64,000 nucleotides of DNA, from the NCBI GenBank assembly GCA_028534125.1, contig CM052817.1:51648001-51712000 (forward strand), read 5' to 3'. Of this stretch, positions 63,176 through 64,000 are shown piece by piece (the stretch's first letter is position 1; every line of letters starts with the position of its first letter). The notes under the pieces were generated by a model. It saw only the letters and a program-made list of their open reading frames with translations, had not been told where the DNA came from and made no database searches. The translations under genes and the position numbers were made by a program. The DNA is from Lama glama (Eukaryota).

Positions 63176-64000
63176 CTTCATGAATTTCACTAAATAGTGT
63201 TACAAGTCCTTTTATAAGCTTAATGTTCAGTTTTTTTTTAATTAAAGAGGAGAGAAAATTAGAAGGATTGTAGCCGTGAATATACTGTAAATTCCTTTTA
63301 CTTCTAGGTGATCAGATAAATAACTAGATCAAATCAGCATCACCTTGAATCTTAATCAGTTTATAAAAGAAACCATGTAATTTTGAAGGTAGAGGGTTGA
63401 AATTGTTTAAGAAGGATTTTGATTTAACAAAGAACTAAAGAAACTATATGTCTTACAATGCCAGAGAAGGAAAGTGGGAGATGAGGAAAAAGAAAAGGAG
63501 GGGGAAGTGAAATTGAGATAAACTTGAAAAAAATATATTTTTATTCATTTTTAGTGGTTCTTAAACTTATTCTTTTACCAGACTGTTTGCCAGTTTTTGA
63601 GTTAGATATCAGTTTGAAAATGTGTAGTCTGCCCTACCCATATAATGCTTACGATGTCCTGTTTCCTATTTGTTACTTGAAGAGAAAGTTGAGTTTTTAG
63701 AAAGTTTAATCCAAAAAATCATATATACTTGATGAGAACATATAGATCAAATATTTTTTTAAATTAGTGTTTTATTGGCCATATCTAAAGTATACTTAAA
63801 TATATTTATATTTATATATGTACGAATAGACATATAGACACGTGTATAATAATATAGTACTGACGTTCAATTATTTAAATTTGAATAACATAAAAAATTA
63901 AATGATGAAATGTATGAAAAGGTGAAACAATTGGATTTTCTTTTTCTAAATATCACACTGGGCAGCTTTTAGCAAAAGTGCTTGGTTCATGTAACCTCTT

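Larger units (their letters stand above)
1..64000 (+). other. EPHA5: Internal part of the EPHA5 transcription unit (3' part of intron 5 to 5' part of intron 8)
   Basis: Three consecutive in-frame EphA5 exons on +. No upstream ligand-binding/FN3-1 exon or downstream cytoplasmic exon was recognised, consistent with long flanking introns. Confidence 0.85.

Noticed and set aside
49035..64000. Searched for the next EPHA5 exons (Cys-rich alternative exon; RCGYSKAKQD exon)
   Set aside because: Not recognised by eye; presumably downstream of the window.
1..64000. CRISPR arrays, operons or other prokaryote-type systems
   Set aside because: The sequence is mammalian intron/exon DNA, with no regularly spaced repeat-spacer arrays or dense coding.

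Overview
This is AT-rich mammalian genomic DNA, very probably from a camelid (alpaca, vicuna or camel), judging by two tRNA-derived SINEs of the camelid vic-1 type. The window lies inside the + strand of the receptor tyrosine kinase gene EPHA5. It holds three coding exons with canonical AG/GT boundaries: 37162-37286 and 44062-44221 (second fibronectin type III domain) and 48929/48932-49034 (juxtamembrane linker plus transmembrane helix). By human numbering recalled from memory these are exons 6, 7 and 8. The rest is intron filled with LINE-1 copies (several with clear target-site duplications), L2 and MIR relics, solo LTRs, a MER2-type DNA transposon, microsatellites and two assembly gaps. Nearly all other ORFs in the track are L1 remnants, N-gap artefacts or chance. 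There is no prokaryote-type system here. The best leads are: (i) a candidate 15-nt microexon after exon 7 whose inclusion creates a junction TGA stop; (ii) a stop overlapping AATAAA just behind the weak exon 6 donor, possibly giving a soluble EphA5; (iii) a CAGCAG tandem acceptor at exon 8; (iv) a rearranged L1 with a misplaced 5'UTR copy showing asymmetric CpG decay and a nested ~100-bp mRNA retrocopy; (v) an E-box/NFI-dense candidate enhancer in intron 6. Repeat family names come from recalled consensus sequences, and boundaries of old repeats are approximate.
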